Assembly: GCA_902767845.1 (NCBI GenBank)
Contig: CACXIV010000002.1
Coordinates: 23,177 to 87,176, forward strand
Direction of reading: 5' to 3'
DNA from: an uncultured Ruminococcus sp.
GTDB taxonomy: Bacteria > Bacillota > Clostridia > Oscillospirales > Acutalibacteraceae
DNA length: 64,000 nt
The notes beneath the pieces are model-generated. The model did not search any database and had not been told where the DNA came from. It saw only the letters and a program-made list of their open reading frames with translations. The translations under genes and the position numbers were made by a program. Of the stretch, positions 53,361-64,000 are shown one piece after another; position 1 is the first letter of the stretch, and each line of letters opens with the position of its first letter.

Positions 53361-53536
53361 TCCAAAGCCGATAAATCTCAATTATTTATTGCATAATCGG
53401 TTACAATTTGGTATAATAAGATGATACGCAGGGAGCGTCCGTCCGTTAGCACGCGGTTCAAAACGAGCCGCGATCATCCGACGCGCGGATCGACCCTTTT
53501 GCACCTGAACGAAACCTAAAACGAAAGAGATATAAA

Positions 53537-54205
53537 ATGAGGATAAGAAAAAAGAAATGGGCTGAGCCCGAGCTGAGCGTCTGCGATTTCTTTGTTAAGG
53601 ATCCCGCCGAGCACAGCGGCAGATGGGCGGAGGCTTTCCCTAAAAAGCAGCCGCTGTTCCTTGAGATAGGCTGCGGCAAGTGCGGCTTTGCCGGACAGCT
53701 TGCGCTTAAAAACCCCGACAGGAACATTATCGCCGTCGACATCAAGATCGATATGCTCGGGGTCGGCAGGCGGACAGTCGTAAAGCTGTTTGAGGAAAAC
53801 GGCAGGACTCAGGACGACATCACAAACCTGCTGCTCGTCAACTACAATGTCGAACAGCTCGATCAGATAATCACAAAGGACGATCAAATCGACCGTCTGT
53901 ACATAAATTTCTGCAATCCGTGGCCTCGCGCGAGGCACAAAAAACGCAGACTGACCTTCCCGAAAAAGCTCGAGATGTACAAGACCTTCCTTAAAAAAGA
54001 CGCGGAGATCCGCTTCAAGACCGACGACGACGAGCTTTTTGAGGAGAGCGTGGAATACTTTTCGCAGAGCGGATATGAGATAACATTCATCACACGCGAT
54101 CTGCAAGCCTCAAAAATCGAGGACAATATCGTCACCGAGCACGAGCGGATGTTCACCGAGGAAGGTAAAAAAATAAAATACCTTGTCGCAAAGCAAAAGG
54201 CCTGA
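53537..54205 (+). CDS. trmB: tRNA (guanine46-N7)-methyltransferase TrmB
   Basis: LEIGCGK, NFCNPWPRARHKKRRL, FKTDD, TEHE. Confidence 0.93.
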   Translation: MRIRKKKWAEPELSVCDFFVKDPAEHSGRWAEAFPKKQPLFLEIGCGKCGFAGQLALKNPDRNIIAVDIKIDMLGVGRRTVVKLFEENGRTQDDITNLLLVNYNVEQLDQIITKDDQIDRLYINFCNPWPRARHKKRRLTFPKKLEMYKTFLKKDAEIRFKTDDDELFEESVEYFSQSGYEITFITRDLQASKIEDNIVTEHERMFTEEGKKIKYLVAKQKA

Positions 54206-54256
54206 ATCCATGCGAAGCGACCATTAATATTATTTTTAATAAAAAGAGGTGATTTC

Positions 54257-55585
54257 TTGAAGCTTAAAAAAACCGCCGCCATCCTTTTCGCGGCAGTCAT
54301 ATTCTTGCTGGGAGGCTGCAACGTGGCGGACATGAGCTTTGAGGATTCGCTCAGACCGCCTAAAACCATGGGAGACGAAGCCGAGATCGAAAAGCTGATC
54401 TCCGAGACCATCGGCGGCAAATATATGCTGAAATACCCCAAAAGCGGTTCATACCGCAGCGCGATCATAATGAACGACTTAAACGGCGACGGCGTTGACG
54501 AGGCGGTCGCGTTCTTCAAGGGGAACGACGAGACCGCCGGAGTCCACATGCTCGTTATGTACGATATCGACGGAGAGTGGAAGATCTCCGACGACTTCAT
54601 CACCGAGACCACGGACGTGGACAGCGTCGATTTCGCGGATATAAACGAGACCGACGGACTCGAGATAATAGTAGGCTACACCACCTACACCCCGAACGTC
54701 AGCTTCCTTTCCTGCTACACCTACTCGGACGGCAGCACAGACACCATCACCTCCGGCCAGAACTACTCGTCATTCTACTGCGCCAACCTTGACAACAGCG
54801 GCAAGAGCGAGATACTTACTCTCTCGCTTTTCAACGCCGACACCGAGGCAAAGGCGTCAATGCTCGAGTACGACAGTCAGAACAAGCGGCTTTACGTAAA
54901 ATCCTCGGCTCCGATGGATCCCAACGTCGTAAAATACAAAAGCATAGGGCTTACCGACCTCGAGGGCTCGGCAAAAGCGGTGGTGGTCGACGGGTCGTTC
55001 GCGACCGAGGAGCTTGTCACTCAGGTGATCTACTACAGCCACAGCCTCGCGGTGCTGCGAAATCCACTGTACAGAGAAAAGCAGAAGAACCCCACTATGC
55101 GCACCGGCAGCGTGCTCAGCGCCGACTTTGACGGGGATTCAAAGCTCGAGATCCCGATGGTCGAAAAGCTCCCCTACCACGGCACCGACATGATGCGCAA
55201 CGTCGCCGATAAAATAACCTGGTGCTCGTTCAATCCGCAGAACGAAAGCCTCAGCGTAAAAACGATAGTCGCCGCGAACTACAAAAGCGGCTTTTACGTA
55301 AAAAAGTCCGACAAATGGGCTGAAAAAGCCTACACCGCGGTAAACACCGACAACTCAATGAAGCTTTATGAATGGAACCAGACCGAGCTCGGCGAGGAGC
55401 TGTTTGAGATCAAGGCGTTCGGCGTGACCGCGTGGGACCAGGGCAAGATAGACGGCTACACGCTTATCTACCGCGACAACCGCTACGCCTACGCGTTCAA
55501 CAATCCCGCCGGACAGAGTCCGCTAAAGCTCACCGACGACGAGATAAAAACGGCGTTCACCGCCGCCGGACAAACTTCGGAATAG
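54257..55585 (+). CDS. Lipoprotein with FG-GAP/VCBS-like DxDGDG repeats
   Basis: Lipobox LLGGC; DLNGDGVDE, DINETDGLE, NLDNSGKSE, DFDGDSKLE. Confidence 0.75.
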   Translation: MKLKKTAAILFAAVIFLLGGCNVADMSFEDSLRPPKTMGDEAEIEKLISETIGGKYMLKYPKSGSYRSAIIMNDLNGDGVDEAVAFFKGNDETAGVHMLVMYDIDGEWKISDDFITETTDVDSVDFADINETDGLEIIVGYTTYTPNVSFLSCYTYSDGSTDTITSGQNYSSFYCANLDNSGKSEILTLSLFNADTEAKASMLEYDSQNKRLYVKSSAPMDPNVVKYKSIGLTDLEGSAKAVVVDGSFATEELVTQVIYYSHSLAVLRNPLYREKQKNPTMRTGSVLSADFDGDSKLEIPMVEKLPYHGTDMMRNVADKITWCSFNPQNESLSVKTIVAANYKSGFYVKKSDKWAEKAYTAVNTDNSMKLYEWNQTELGEELFEIKAFGVTAWDQGKIDGYTLIYRDNRYAYAFNNPAGQSPLKLTDDEIKTAFTAAGQTSE

Positions 55586-55651
55586 AAATTCAATATAGAA
55601 CTCAATATTAAAAATATTTACATAAAATACACTCAAACGGAGGTTTTGAAG

Positions 55652-56359
55652 ATGAAAAAAATTCTTGTATGCGAGGACGAATCCGCTATCCGCGACTTTG
55701 TCGTTATCAATCTTACGCGCGCAGGCTACGACGTTGTAGAGGCCGACTGCGGAGAGACCGCTCTTAAAAAGTACGACGAAAACGACGGTGACTTCGACAT
55801 CGCCATTCTCGACGTAATGATGCCCGGCATCGACGGCTTCCAGGTCTGCAAGGAGCTCAGGAACCGCAACGGCGGCATCGGCATCATCATGCTCTCTGCA
55901 AAGACTCAGGAGATGGACAAGGTTACGGGTCTTATGCTCGGCGCCGACGATTATGTCGCAAAGCCCTTCTCCCCCAGCGAGCTTTTGGCGCGCGTCGATT
56001 CGCTCTACAGAAGAGTCGCGCTCGCACAGTCGAGGTCGGAAAACAACTTTAAGGAGGAGCTCAAGTCCGGCGACTTTACGCTCAATCTGCGCAACCGCGC
56101 CCTGCTCAAGAACGGCAAGATGATCGAGCTCACCCAGGTTGAGTTCCAGATCATGGAATACTTCTTTTCAAATCCCGGCACGGCGCTCGACAGGATCGAC
56201 ATCCTCAACCACGTTTGGGGCGACGCTTATGTCGGCGAGGACAAGATCGTTGACGTAAACATCCGCAGGCTCAGAATGAAGGTCGAGGACGAGCCCTCGA
56301 ATCCCAAGCACATCATCACCGTATGGGGACTCGGCTATAAGTGGGACTCGGGTGAATAA
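55652..56359 (+). CDS. OmpR-family response regulator
   Basis: Receiver LDVMMP, KPF; winged helix VDVNIRRLR, TVWGLGY. Confidence 0.95.
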   Translation: MKKILVCEDESAIRDFVVINLTRAGYDVVEADCGETALKKYDENDGDFDIAILDVMMPGIDGFQVCKELRNRNGGIGIIMLSAKTQEMDKVTGLMLGADDYVAKPFSPSELLARVDSLYRRVALAQSRSENNFKEELKSGDFTLNLRNRALLKNGKMIELTQVEFQIMEYFFSNPGTALDRIDILNHVWGDAYVGEDKIVDVNIRRLRMKVEDEPSNPKHIITVWGLGYKWDSGE

Positions 56360-56428
56360 TCGAAAAATCCGATTTCCGCGTATATTAATGATTTAAATAT
56401 TTCAATTTGAATTGGGGGTGACAACAGA

Positions 56429-57895
56429 ATGTTTCACGGCATTACAAAGCGCTGGATGCTGAACACGCTCAGCGTTATTCTGACCATAATTATTCTGATC
56501 GTTGTCGCCCTTATTTTTGTTGTCACTTACCTGTTCCAAAGCGGCGTAGAGCAGAATCTCGCCTCTACGGGCAACGAGCTGAGCATAGTTTTCTCCGGTT
56601 TCCAAAGCACCGGCTCGGCGGAATTTGCCTCCGCCGCCCGGGATTATGTCGAGAACTTCGACAAAAAGGAGCATATGGGGGTAATGGTGCTCAACTCCAC
56701 CGGCAAGGTGGTGCTGACCTCCACCGGCTTTATCCCCGACGAAAACGAAAAATTCACCGACTTTGAATCCGCTCTTAAGAACGAGGACGGCTACGCGTTC
56801 TGGAGCGGAAAGCTTCTGTCGGGAGAACCCGCCATGAGCGAGACCCGCGTTATCAAAAATCCCGACGGCGCCGTGGTGGGCGCTGTCAGGTACATTGTAA
56901 GCATGGAACCCGTCAACAGCCGGATAATTCTGTTCAGCCTGATAATCATAGCGATAGGGCTGGTGATACTGGGGCTGGTCATAATCTCGGGGCTGTTGTT
57001 CATCCGCTCGATCGTAAAGCCTATCCAAAGGCTCAGCGAAGCCGCGGGACAGATCGCTCAGGGCGATTTTTCCGCGTCCGAGAAGATCGAGCACAAGTAC
57101 GACGACGAGATCGGAGACCTATGCGACGCGGTAAGCGACATGGCAAAGGATCTGCAAACCACCGAGCAGATGAAAAACGACTTTATTTCGCGCGTTTCTC
57201 ATGAGCTCAGAACTCCGCTGACCGCGATCAAGGGCTGGGCGGAGACCATGCAACTCAGCGAGCGCGGCACGCTTGACCGCCGCACCTTTGACAAGGGCAT
57301 GGGAGTAATAATCAAGGAGAGCACAAGGCTGACGAGCATAGTCGAGGAGCTGCTCGACTTCGGCAGGATCCAGAGCGGCAGAATGGTTCTGATGAACGAG
57401 AAGATCGACATTCTCGCCGAATTTGACGAGACCGTATACATGCTCAAGGAGCGCGCCGTCGACGAGGGCAAGCACCTGCTCTATGACGAGCCCGAGGTGG
57501 TATATCCCCCGATCTACGGCGACCGAAACAGACTGAAACAGGTTTTCCTGAATATTCTTGACAATGCGCTAAAGTACACGCCCAAGGGCGGCGTGGTCGC
57601 TGCGCAGGTCATCTATTCAAAGGACGAGCCTGATATTATAAAAATAATCGTGACCGACTCCGGCTGCGGCATCTCCGCCGAGGATCTGCCGAGGGTCAAG
57701 GAAAAATTCTACAAGGCTAACCAGACCGTGCGCGGCTCGGGTATCGGACTCGCCGTCGCCGACGAGATAATGAATCTCCACCACGGCTCGCTCGAGATAG
57801 AGAGCGGCGAGGGCGTCGGTACCACCGTGACCCTCACCTTCCCCGTCTACAAGGAGGGCGCCGAGAACAAGCGCGCCGAGGTCGTTAAGCTTTAG
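56429..57895 (+). CDS. HAMP-domain sensor histidine kinase
   Basis: 2 TM, HAMP, SHELRTPL, NILDNALKY, DSGCG, GSGIGL. Confidence 0.95.
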   Translation: MFHGITKRWMLNTLSVILTIIILIVVALIFVVTYLFQSGVEQNLASTGNELSIVFSGFQSTGSAEFASAARDYVENFDKKEHMGVMVLNSTGKVVLTSTGFIPDENEKFTDFESALKNEDGYAFWSGKLLSGEPAMSETRVIKNPDGAVVGAVRYIVSMEPVNSRIILFSLIIIAIGLVILGLVIISGLLFIRSIVKPIQRLSEAAGQIAQGDFSASEKIEHKYDDEIGDLCDAVSDMAKDLQTTEQMKNDFISRVSHELRTPLTAIKGWAETMQLSERGTLDRRTFDKGMGVIIKESTRLTSIVEELLDFGRIQSGRMVLMNEKIDILAEFDETVYMLKERAVDEGKHLLYDEPEVVYPPIYGDRNRLKQVFLNILDNALKYTPKGGVVAAQVIYSKDEPDIIKIIVTDSGCGISAEDLPRVKEKFYKANQTVRGSGIGLAVADEIMNLHHGSLEIESGEGVGTTVTLTFPVYKEGAENKRAEVVKL

Positions 57896-57923
57896 ACACG
57901 AAACCCGAAAGGATAAAAGGTAT

Positions 57924-58928
57924 ATGTCAAAGAAAACAAAGAAAATCACCTCCATCGGCGGAAGCGCGCTGATAGAGGGAATAATGATGAGGGGACCCAA
58001 GAAAAGCACGGTTTGCGTGCGCACCGATCCGGATGAGATCTACTCCGAGGACGTCAGCATTAACACCATCCCCTCAAAGTGCAAAATATTCAAGATCCCC
58101 TTCCTCAGAGGCATAGCCGGGCTGATCGACTCAATGCGCCTCAGCTACAAATCGCTCATGCTCTCAGCCGACAAGGCTATCGAATCGGCAGAGATCGAGG
58201 AGGAGCCGTCTAAGTTTGAAAAATGGCTCGACGAAAAATTTGGCGACAAACTCGTAAAGGTGCTCATGGTGATCGCCTCGGTTATCGGCATTGCGTTCGC
58301 CATCGGGCTGTTCTTCTTCCTGCCGTCGTTTTTGTTCGACCTCTGCGCCAACTTCGTGCCGGCGTTCAGGGCTGACGCGACAGGCGGCAACGCCGAGATG
58401 GTAAGGCTGTGGAAGTCGATCTTTGAGGGAGTGCTCAAGCTCGTGCTCTTTTTGTCGTACATAATCATAGTGTCGCAGACAAAGGACATGAAGCGCGTGT
58501 TCATGTATCACGGCGCCGAGCACAAAACCATCTTCTGCTACGAAAACGAGGAGGAGCTGACCGTAGAGAACGTCAAAAAGCAGACCCGCTTTCATCCGCG
58601 CTGCGGCACAAGCTTCATGGTCATAATGCTGATAATCGGCATACTCGTCGGACTTCTTATCCCTGCGAACCCCTTTGGGATCGCGTTTTTAAGACCCGTA
58701 TTCAAGATCTTGCTCATTCCGCTGGTCTGCGGACTCGGCTATGAGCTCATCAAGCTTTGCGGCAGACACGACAACGTCTTAACTCGTATCATCGCCGCAC
58801 CCGGACTATGGGCGCAGAGGATCACCACCAAGGAACCCGACGACAAGATGATCGAGGTCGCCATCAAGGCGATCGAGGCGGTCATTCCCGATGACGGCTC
58901 CGATATCGTCGGAAACTGCGGATGCTAA
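57924..58928 (+). CDS. DUF1385 membrane protein
   Basis: GGSALIEGIMM, YHGAEHK, HPRCGTSF, TTKEP; upstream of prmC. Confidence 0.9.
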   Translation: MSKKTKKITSIGGSALIEGIMMRGPKKSTVCVRTDPDEIYSEDVSINTIPSKCKIFKIPFLRGIAGLIDSMRLSYKSLMLSADKAIESAEIEEEPSKFEKWLDEKFGDKLVKVLMVIASVIGIAFAIGLFFFLPSFLFDLCANFVPAFRADATGGNAEMVRLWKSIFEGVLKLVLFLSYIIIVSQTKDMKRVFMYHGAEHKTIFCYENEEELTVENVKKQTRFHPRCGTSFMVIMLIIGILVGLLIPANPFGIAFLRPVFKILLIPLVCGLGYELIKLCGRHDNVLTRIIAAPGLWAQRITTKEPDDKMIEVAIKAIEAVIPDDGSDIVGNCGC

Positions 58929-59752
58929 AGGATACTTACATAAAGCTGCGCGACATTCTGGCTCGCGCAGGAATCGAATCGCCCGGGCTCGAGGCGAGGC
59001 TGCTGATCGAAAGCGCGACCGGTATGAGCAGAGCCGCTCAGATCGCCTGCGCCGATAAGGAGCTCGACTGCGAGCAGGCGCTGCTTGAGCTCGCGGAAAA
59101 GCGCGCGAAGCGCTATCCCCTGCAATACATACTCGGAAGCTGGAGCTTTATGGGTATCGAGCTCAAGGTCGGCGAGGGCGTGCTTATCCCGCGCGACGAC
59201 ACCGAGGTTCTGGTTGACCTTTGCCTCGGGTACCTAAAGGACGTCGAGTCTCCGAAAGTGGTCGATCTGTGCGCGGGCAGCGGAGCGATCGGCATAGCGC
59301 TCAACAGGCTCGCGAACGCCTCCGTGACCGCTGTGGAGCTGAGCGACAGGGCGTACTATTTTCTTTTACAGAATATTATTAATACGGATATCACGCCGAT
59401 AAAGGGCGACGTGACGGAGTGTTATAATTCTTTTGAAGAAGAATATTTCGACCTTATCGTCTCAAATCCGCCTTACATAAAAACAGACGAGCTGAAAACG
59501 CTCCAGCCCGAGGTCGGCTTTGAGCCCGAAACGGCGCTCGACGGCGGCGCCGACGGACTGGTTTTTTACCGCGAAATAACAAGGCTCTGGACTCCCCTTC
59601 TCAAAAGGGGCGGCGCCATGGCGTTTGAGCTCGGCGAAGGTCAGGCGGAGCCGGTAGCCGCCATGCTTGAGCGGCATGGCTACTCAGATATAAAGACCGC
59701 GCTCGATTTAGGCGGAACAAAACGCGCGATAATAGCCGTAAAACCGCGCTGA
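58922..59752 (+). CDS. prmC: Release factor glutamine methyltransferase
   Basis: PLQYILG, LIPR, DLCAGSG, SNPPY. Confidence 0.95.
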   Translation: MLKDTYIKLRDILARAGIESPGLEARLLIESATGMSRAAQIACADKELDCEQALLELAEKRAKRYPLQYILGSWSFMGIELKVGEGVLIPRDDTEVLVDLCLGYLKDVESPKVVDLCAGSGAIGIALNRLANASVTAVELSDRAYYFLLQNIINTDITPIKGDVTECYNSFEEEYFDLIVSNPPYIKTDELKTLQPEVGFEPETALDGGADGLVFYREITRLWTPLLKRGGAMAFELGEGQAEPVAAMLERHGYSDIKTALDLGGTKRAIIAVKPR

Positions 59753-59784
59753 TTGTCCCATTTTTAGGACAATGCTAAACTTTT

Positions 59785-59798
59785 AGAAAATTTGTTCG
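59785..59798 (+). promoter_or_regulatory. LexA (SOS) box upstream of recA
   Basis: AGAAAATTTGTTCG upstream of TTGCAT-17-TATAAT (59819-59847). Confidence 0.7.
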
Positions 59799-59906
59799 AG
59801 TTTTTTGCCCCAAATCAATTGCATTTCGCGGCAGTATGTTTTATAATTATTACGGTGGATTTGGTCATTGACAAACACCGACTCTATAAATACGGAGGTA
59901 CATGAA

Positions 59907-61001
59907 ATGGCAGTAGACAGAAACAAAGCGCTGGAAACAGCGATCTCACAGCTTGAAAAACAATTCGGAAAGGGCGCCGTAATGCGCCTCGGAGAAAATA
60001 AACACATGGAGGTCGAGCACATCTCGACCGGATCTCTTTCGCTCGACGTGGCGCTCGGTATCGGCGGACTTCCGCGCGGCAGAATAGTTGAGATCTACGG
60101 TCCAGAGTCGTCGGGCAAGACCACCCTCTCGCTCACCTGTATAGCCGAGGGTCAGAAGCTGGGCGGCAACGCCGCTTTCATAGACGTTGAGCACGCGCTC
60201 GATCCGGTTTACGCTGAGGCTCTCGGCGTCGACGTAAACTCCCTGCTCGTCTCTCAGCCCGACACCGGCGAGGACGCGCTCGAGATCGCCGAGGCTCTTA
60301 TCCGCTCCGGCGCGATCGACGTTATCGTTATCGACTCAGTAGCCGCTCTCGTCCCCAAGGCGGAGATCGAGGGTGAAATGGGCGACAGCCACGTCGGACT
60401 CCACGCTAGGCTTATGTCTCAGGCGCTCAGAAAATTGGCAGGCGCCATCAACAAGTCAAACTGCGTGGCTATCTTCATCAACCAGCTCCGCGAGAAGGTC
60501 GGCGTTATCTACGGTAATCCCGAGGTGACAACAGGCGGCCGCGCGCTCAAATTCTACAGCTCGGTGCGCATAGACATCCGCAAGGCCGAGGCGCTCAAAT
60601 CGAACGGAGAGATAATCGGCAACCACACAAAATGCAAGGTGGTAAAGAACAAGATCGCTCCCCCGTTCAAGACCGCGGAGTTCGACATCATGTACGGCGA
60701 GGGAATCTCACGCGAGGGCGAGCTGATCGACCTGGGCGTTCAGGCTGAGGTCATCCAAAAGGCAGGCGCGTGGTTCAGCTACGACGGAAACCGTCTCGGA
60801 CAGGGACGCGACAAGGTCAAGGAGCTGCTCAGGAACGATCCCGAGCTCTATAAGGAGATCGAGGCAAAGCTTTGGGAGAATATCGACAAGCTTTACGCTT
60901 CCGCAAAGCCCAAGACCCCCAAAAGAGCCGTCGTCGCCAAGATAGAGGAACCGGCTAAGGCTCCCAAATCCACCGCCGATATCGACATTCTCGCCGAATA
61001 A
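59907..61001 (+). CDS. recA: Recombinase RecA
   Basis: [35 protein letters not shown]; SD GGAGG. Confidence 0.98.
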   Translation: MAVDRNKALETAISQLEKQFGKGAVMRLGENKHMEVEHISTGSLSLDVALGIGGLPRGRIVEIYGPESSGKTTLSLTCIAEGQKLGGNAAFIDVEHALDPVYAEALGVDVNSLLVSQPDTGEDALEIAEALIRSGAIDVIVIDSVAALVPKAEIEGEMGDSHVGLHARLMSQALRKLAGAINKSNCVAIFINQLREKVGVIYGNPEVTTGGRALKFYSSVRIDIRKAEALKSNGEIIGNHTKCKVVKNKIAPPFKTAEFDIMYGEGISREGELIDLGVQAEVIQKAGAWFSYDGNRLGQGRDKVKELLRNDPELYKEIEAKLWENIDKLYASAKPKTPKRAVVAKIEEPAKAPKSTADIDILAE

Positions 61002-61615
61002 TGGTTATCACGGCAGTTGAACCGCGCCGCAAGCAGATGTGCGCGCTGTTTATCGACGGCGAGTACGTGATGAACCTCGACGCTCAGACGCTGATCGAAA
61101 ACCGCTTCGACGTCGGGCGCGAGATCGACGACGACGAGCTAAAGGAGATAATCGAAAAAAGCGGCGAGCGCCGCGCGAAGGAAAAGGCGCTTTGGCTGAT
61201 ATCGTACAGAAACCACTCCGAAAAGGAGCTTTTTGACAAGCTCAGGCGCGATTTTGACGAGGCGTCCGCGCAAAAGGCTGTCAGCCGAATGGCTGAGCTC
61301 GGGCTAATCAACGACGAGGAGTTCGCTAAAGCATACGCCCGAAGGCTGGTATACGGCAAAAAGCTGTCCGCAAAGGCGGCTGAATACGAGCTTCTGCGCA
61401 AGGGCATCGACAAGCCGACCGCCGAGCAGGTGATCGGCGAGCTCGATTACGACGCTCAGGCTCAGATTATCGACTTTATAAACAGAAAATACAAAAATAT
61501 AAGCGACGAAAAAATCAAACGCCGTGCCGTTGCCGCGCTTCAGAGAAAGGGCTACGGCTGGGACGAGATAAAATCGGCGCTCGAAACGATAGAAAGCGAA
61601 TTACCTGACGCTTAA
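61001..61615 (+). CDS. recX: Regulatory protein RecX
   Basis: Coupled to recA; SEKEL, INDEEFA, LQRKGY. Confidence 0.92.
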   Translation: MVITAVEPRRKQMCALFIDGEYVMNLDAQTLIENRFDVGREIDDDELKEIIEKSGERRAKEKALWLISYRNHSEKELFDKLRRDFDEASAQKAVSRMAELGLINDEEFAKAYARRLVYGKKLSAKAAEYELLRKGIDKPTAEQVIGELDYDAQAQIIDFINRKYKNISDEKIKRRAVAALQRKGYGWDEIKSALETIESELPDA

Positions 61616-61642
61616 TTCTAATATAAAAGGGAATTGTTGCAT

Positions 61643-62971
61643 ATGAATTACAAGGCGGGAATCGTGTCGCTCGGCTGCGCAAAAAACCGTGTGGACGCGG
61701 AAATGCTGCTTTTCAGCCTAAAGCAAAAGGGCTTTGAGCTCGTTGACGACCCGGCAAAGGCCGACGCCGTTATAGTGAACACCTGCGGCTTTATCGAGAG
61801 CGCTAAGCAGGAGAGCATTGACGAGATAATCGAGCTCGGAAAGCTGAAACAAGAGGGAAAGATAAAGGCGATAATTGTGACCGGCTGCCTCGCAGAAAGG
61901 TATCAGAACGAGATCACAAGGCAGCTTTACGAGGTTGACGCGGCGGTTGGTATTGGTGCGAACTCCCGTATCGCCGACATAGTTCTCGAAGCGCTCGAGG
62001 GAAAAAAGACAGAGCTCTTCCCCGGCAAGCTCGAGCTTCCGCTCGAGGGCGGAAGGATACAGTCCACCCCCTCCTACACCGCTTACCTGAAAGTATCCGA
62101 GGGCTGCGACAACCGCTGCACCTACTGCGCGATACCGCTGATACGCGGAGGCTTCCGCAGCAGGACTATGGAAAATGTGATAGCCGAGGCGAAGGAGCTC
62201 GCCGAAAAAGGCGTCAAAGAGCTCAACGTGATCGCTCAGGACACCACGCGCTACGGCGATGATCTCTACGGCGAGCCGAGGCTCGCGCAGCTTTTGACTG
62301 AGCTGTGTAAAATCGAAAAGCTCAGGTGGATAAGGGTTCTCTACTGCTACCCCGACCGGGTGACCGACGAGCTGATCGACGTTATCGCCAAAGAGGACAA
62401 AATAGTAAAATACATAGATCTGCCGCTCCAGCACTGCGACGCCGACGTGCTTAAAAGCATGAACCGCCGCGGCAGCCGAGAGAGCCTTACCGCGCTTTTG
62501 AACAAGCTCAGGAGCAGGATCCCCGGCGTGGTGCTGCGCACCACCTTTATCGCGGGCTTCCCGGGAGAGACCGAGGAACAGTTTGAAGAGCTTTGCGAAT
62601 TCGCCGCGGAGATCGAATTTGAACGGCTCGGGTGCTTCCCCTACTCTCAGGAGGAGGACACGCTGGCAGCAGAGTTCCCCGGTCAGCTTGACGAGGAAAC
62701 AAAGCTGCAGCGAGCCGACATCATCATGGAACAGCAGCAGCATATAATGGCGCGCCGCTGCGAAGGACTTATCGGCACGACCGCCGAGGTGCTTGTCGAG
62801 GGCTATGACCGTATCGCGGAATGTTGGTTCGGAAGGACATACGCCGACGCCCCGGAGGTAGACGGCTGCGTGTTCTTCACCTGCGACGGCAAAAAACCGC
62901 GAATCGGCGACTTTGTAAAGGTAAATATCACCGACTATATGGGCATAGACCCGGTCGGAACCGCCATTTAA
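61643..62971 (+). CDS. rimO: Ribosomal protein S12 methylthiotransferase RimO
   Basis: SLGCAKN, NTCGFI, EGCDNRCTYC, DAPEVDG TRAM. Confidence 0.95.
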   Translation: MNYKAGIVSLGCAKNRVDAEMLLFSLKQKGFELVDDPAKADAVIVNTCGFIESAKQESIDEIIELGKLKQEGKIKAIIVTGCLAERYQNEITRQLYEVDAAVGIGANSRIADIVLEALEGKKTELFPGKLELPLEGGRIQSTPSYTAYLKVSEGCDNRCTYCAIPLIRGGFRSRTMENVIAEAKELAEKGVKELNVIAQDTTRYGDDLYGEPRLAQLLTELCKIEKLRWIRVLYCYPDRVTDELIDVIAKEDKIVKYIDLPLQHCDADVLKSMNRRGSRESLTALLNKLRSRIPGVVLRTTFIAGFPGETEEQFEELCEFAAEIEFERLGCFPYSQEEDTLAAEFPGQLDEETKLQRADIIMEQQQHIMARRCEGLIGTTAEVLVEGYDRIAECWFGRTYADAPEVDGCVFFTCDGKKPRIGDFVKVNITDYMGIDPVGTAI

Positions 62972-63001
62972 CAATAAACTAATAACTAAACAGGTACTGC
63001 T

Positions 63002-63583
63002 ATGAATCTGCCCAACAAACTGACGATGGGAAGGATAATCCTCGTTCCGCTGTTTACCGCGGCGGCGCTTATCCCCTTTCCCCTGCACTATTTAGCGGCG
63101 CTGGTCATCTTTGCCGCCGCCTCAATAACCGATCTTTTCGACGGAAGGATCGCGCGCAAGCGCGGCCTCGTTACGGACTTCGGAAAATTTGCCGATCCGC
63201 TCGCGGACAAAATCCTCGTGCTGGCGGCGTTGCTCTGCTTTGTCCAAAACGGGCTGTGCGACTGCGTCGCGGTCACACTTGTGCTGCTCAGGGAATTTTC
63301 GGTGACGTCGATCAGGCTCATCGCAGCCGCCAAGGGCGAGGTCGTAGCCGCCAATATCTGGGGCAAGGTCAAGACCGTGACCCAAATGACCGCGGTGATC
63401 GTAATTCTTGCGGTGCAGTCCGCGCTCGGCTTTTTGTCGCTCGCCGATATCCCGCTGCCGGAGTTCGCGAACACTATCATCTTCTGGTCGGGCGAGACGC
63501 TGATCTGGATCTCGACGGTATTCGCCGTGATCTCGGGCGTGATTTACCTAAAGCAAAACTGGAAATTCATTGAAAATATTTGA
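63002..63583 (+). CDS. pgsA: CDP-diacylglycerol-glycerol-3-phosphate phosphatidyltransferase
   Basis: [31 protein letters not shown]. Confidence 0.95.
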   Translation: MNLPNKLTMGRIILVPLFTAAALIPFPLHYLAALVIFAAASITDLFDGRIARKRGLVTDFGKFADPLADKILVLAALLCFVQNGLCDCVAVTLVLLREFSVTSIRLIAAAKGEVVAANIWGKVKTVTQMTAVIVILAVQSALGFLSLADIPLPEFANTIIFWSGETLIWISTVFAVISGVIYLKQNWKFIENI

Positions 63584-63630
63584 TCGCACGGGCGGAAGTT
63601 TTACGCGTGTGCAGTATAAAGGGTGATTCT

Positions 63631-64000
63631 TTGTTTGAAGTATTAAAATCAGACATCCAGGCTGTTATGGAGCGCGACCCAGCCGCAAGGAGCAAGGCGG
63701 AGGTAGTTTTCCTCTACTCGGGCTTCAAGGCGGTTCGGTCTCACCGCAGGGCGCACTGGTTTTTTAATCACAATCACAAGTTCATAGCGCGCTGGATATC
63801 CCAGCGCAGCCGCCACAAGACCGGCATTGAGATACATCCCGGGGCGCAGATCGGCAAGGGACTGTTCATCGACCACGGAATGGGCGTCGTTATCGGCGAG
63901 ACCACCGTGATCGGCGACAACTGCACGATCTACCAGAACGTCACCCTCGGCGGCACCGGCAAGGACACCGGCAAGCGCCACCCCACTCTCGGCAACAACG
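63631..64000 (+). CDS. cysE: Serine O-acetyltransferase, partial (runs off window)
   Basis: Hand-translated from TTG 63631: ..[49 protein letters not shown]. Confidence 0.93.
   Translation, partial: MFEVLKSDIQAVMERDPAARSKAEVVFLYSGFKAVRSHRRAHWFFNHNHKFIARWISQRSRHKTGIEIHPGAQIGKGLFIDHGMGVVIGETTVIGDNCTIYQNVTLGGTGKDTGKRHPTLGNN

Noticed and set aside
53420-53510. THF or preQ1 riboswitch, or tRNA gene
   Set aside because: Only superficial motif resemblance; arm order and conserved nucleotides do not fit
61718-63088. 456-aa minus-strand ORF
   Set aside because: Antisense shadow of rimO/pgsA caused by codon bias; no motifs

Overview
A gene-dense 64-kb chromosomal segment from a Bacillota/Clostridia organism, probably Oscillospiraceae/Ruminococcaceae-like. 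That placement is inferred from CtsR/McsAB, SigH, Firmicutes-type SOS boxes and a Na+ V/A-ATPase. Most of the window is housekeeping: uvrA, rmuC, mgtE, feoAB, a flavodiiron protein, an acyl-CoA ligase with a Na+:solute symporter, TetR plus an RND pump, a complete V/A-ATPase operon, ctsR-mcsA-mcsB-clpC, sigH, comM, trmK, trmB, an OmpR-type two-component system, prmC, recA-recX-rimO-pgsA and cysE. I saw no tRNA, rRNA, transposase, integrase or CRISPR array. Best leads: (1) an EF-G/TetM-like GTPase that lacks the tetracycline-resistance loop, is fused to an intact Rae1/YacP NYN ribonuclease, and is apparently cotranscribed with feo iron uptake; (2) an accessory operon at the left edge (RimK-type ATP-grasp ligase, heterodimeric ABC exporter, PaaK-like adenylating enzyme) that runs off the window; (3) an unannotated leader peptide and attenuator upstream of mgtE; (4) several structured intergenic RNAs, chiefly a ~185-nt rod before the DUF1858-trmK operon. 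All RNA folds were paired by eye, not computed.
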